A program made the position numbers and the translations under genes. Below, in pieces: positions 63,391 through 64,000 of a stretch of 64,000 nucleotides of DNA. The stretch lies in assembly GCF_036321535.1 (NCBI RefSeq), contig NC_087458.1, positions 5,766,001-5,830,000 on the forward strand. The letters are read 5' to 3'. Every line of letters starts with the position of its first letter. The stretch's first letter is position 1. This stretch comes from Camelus dromedarius. Its lineage: Eukaryota. Below the pieces are notes generated by a model. The model did not search any database and was not told the origin of the DNA. It saw only the letters and a program-made list of their open reading frames with translations.

Positions 63391-63684
63391 CTCTAGATGA
63401 AAAACCAAACTCTTAACACTTCCTTTAGCTAAGTCTAGGACTGCCATTTTGGAGGCTTGGGCAGATATTTTCTGTCATGTGGCCTGAAAGTTTATTCACT
63501 TCAGGTGACTGGCTTATAAATTTAAGCAGCTGAAATGAGTTTTAAAGTGATCATCAGAAGTCACTGATACGTGCCTTTCCATTGATTTCTGGTTTGGGCC
63601 TTTAGGCCTTGTTGAAATGAGGTGGTCATCATTCTGATTTGCTTATTCTGCCCATTGTCCTTTGTAGATTCTCGGGATTTGAAG

Positions 63685-63749
63685 ATGGCTGCACAGTCAG
63701 CGCCGAAAGTTGTGCTAAAAAGCACCACCAAGATGTCTCTAAATGAGCG
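63685..63749 (+). CDS. CHTOP: CHTOP first coding exon (MAAQSAPKVVLKSTTKMSLNER, phase-2 end); gene continues beyond the window
   Basis: Acceptor CCTTTGTAG|ATTCTCGGG at 63668; ATG at 63685; donor GCG|GTGAGG; peptide matches the CHTOP N-terminus. Confidence 0.95.
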
Positions 63750-64000
63750 GTGAGGCAGCCAACAGCAACTTCAGCTCGTTCATAAGAAAACATTACTTAA
63801 GTTGGCCCTGGGGTCCAATGCTCAAAAACCGGTTTTAAACTAAATACCAACAGAAGGCTACAGACCTCTGTTCTTAATTGCATCTTATGTGGTACACAAA
63901 ACAAATTGGGCGGTTGTTTCAAAACCCCTTATCAGTAGATTTTTATGTTAAGCTATCTGAAATATTTATCTGGTGGGATGTATTTTAAAAAGACTCCTCA

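Overview
This is mammalian genomic DNA, most likely camelid, judged from about 10 copies of a tRNA-Ala-derived SINE matching the camelid Vic-1 type. It covers the distal half of the S100 cluster syntenic with human 1q21.3: S100A4 (5' part only; last exon lies left of the window), S100A3, S100A2, S100A16, S100A14 and S100A13 on the minus strand, then S100A1 and the first two exons of CHTOP on the plus strand. Gene order matches human. All readable S100 coding exons are intact with GT-AG splice sites; S100A14 exon 3 is mostly hidden in an N run. Intergenic DNA is repeat-rich: a MaLR cluster at 10.4-13.9 kb, an L1/LTR field at 24.3-37.3 kb, and MIR/L2 elsewhere. Repeat subfamily names and orthologue comparisons are from recalled sequences, not searches. 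Best leads: (1) a strongly diverged S100A3 lacking Cys68 of the Cys30-Cys68 disulfide; (2) an S100A1 exon-2 acceptor with no pyrimidine tract that overlaps an AG|GTAAG donor; (3) a 10-codon uORF in S100A14; (4) a degenerate ~27-bp repeat family flanking S100 promoters; (5) a candidate spliced divergent transcript from the CHTOP promoter. I found no evidence for a new protein-coding gene or a wholly new system.
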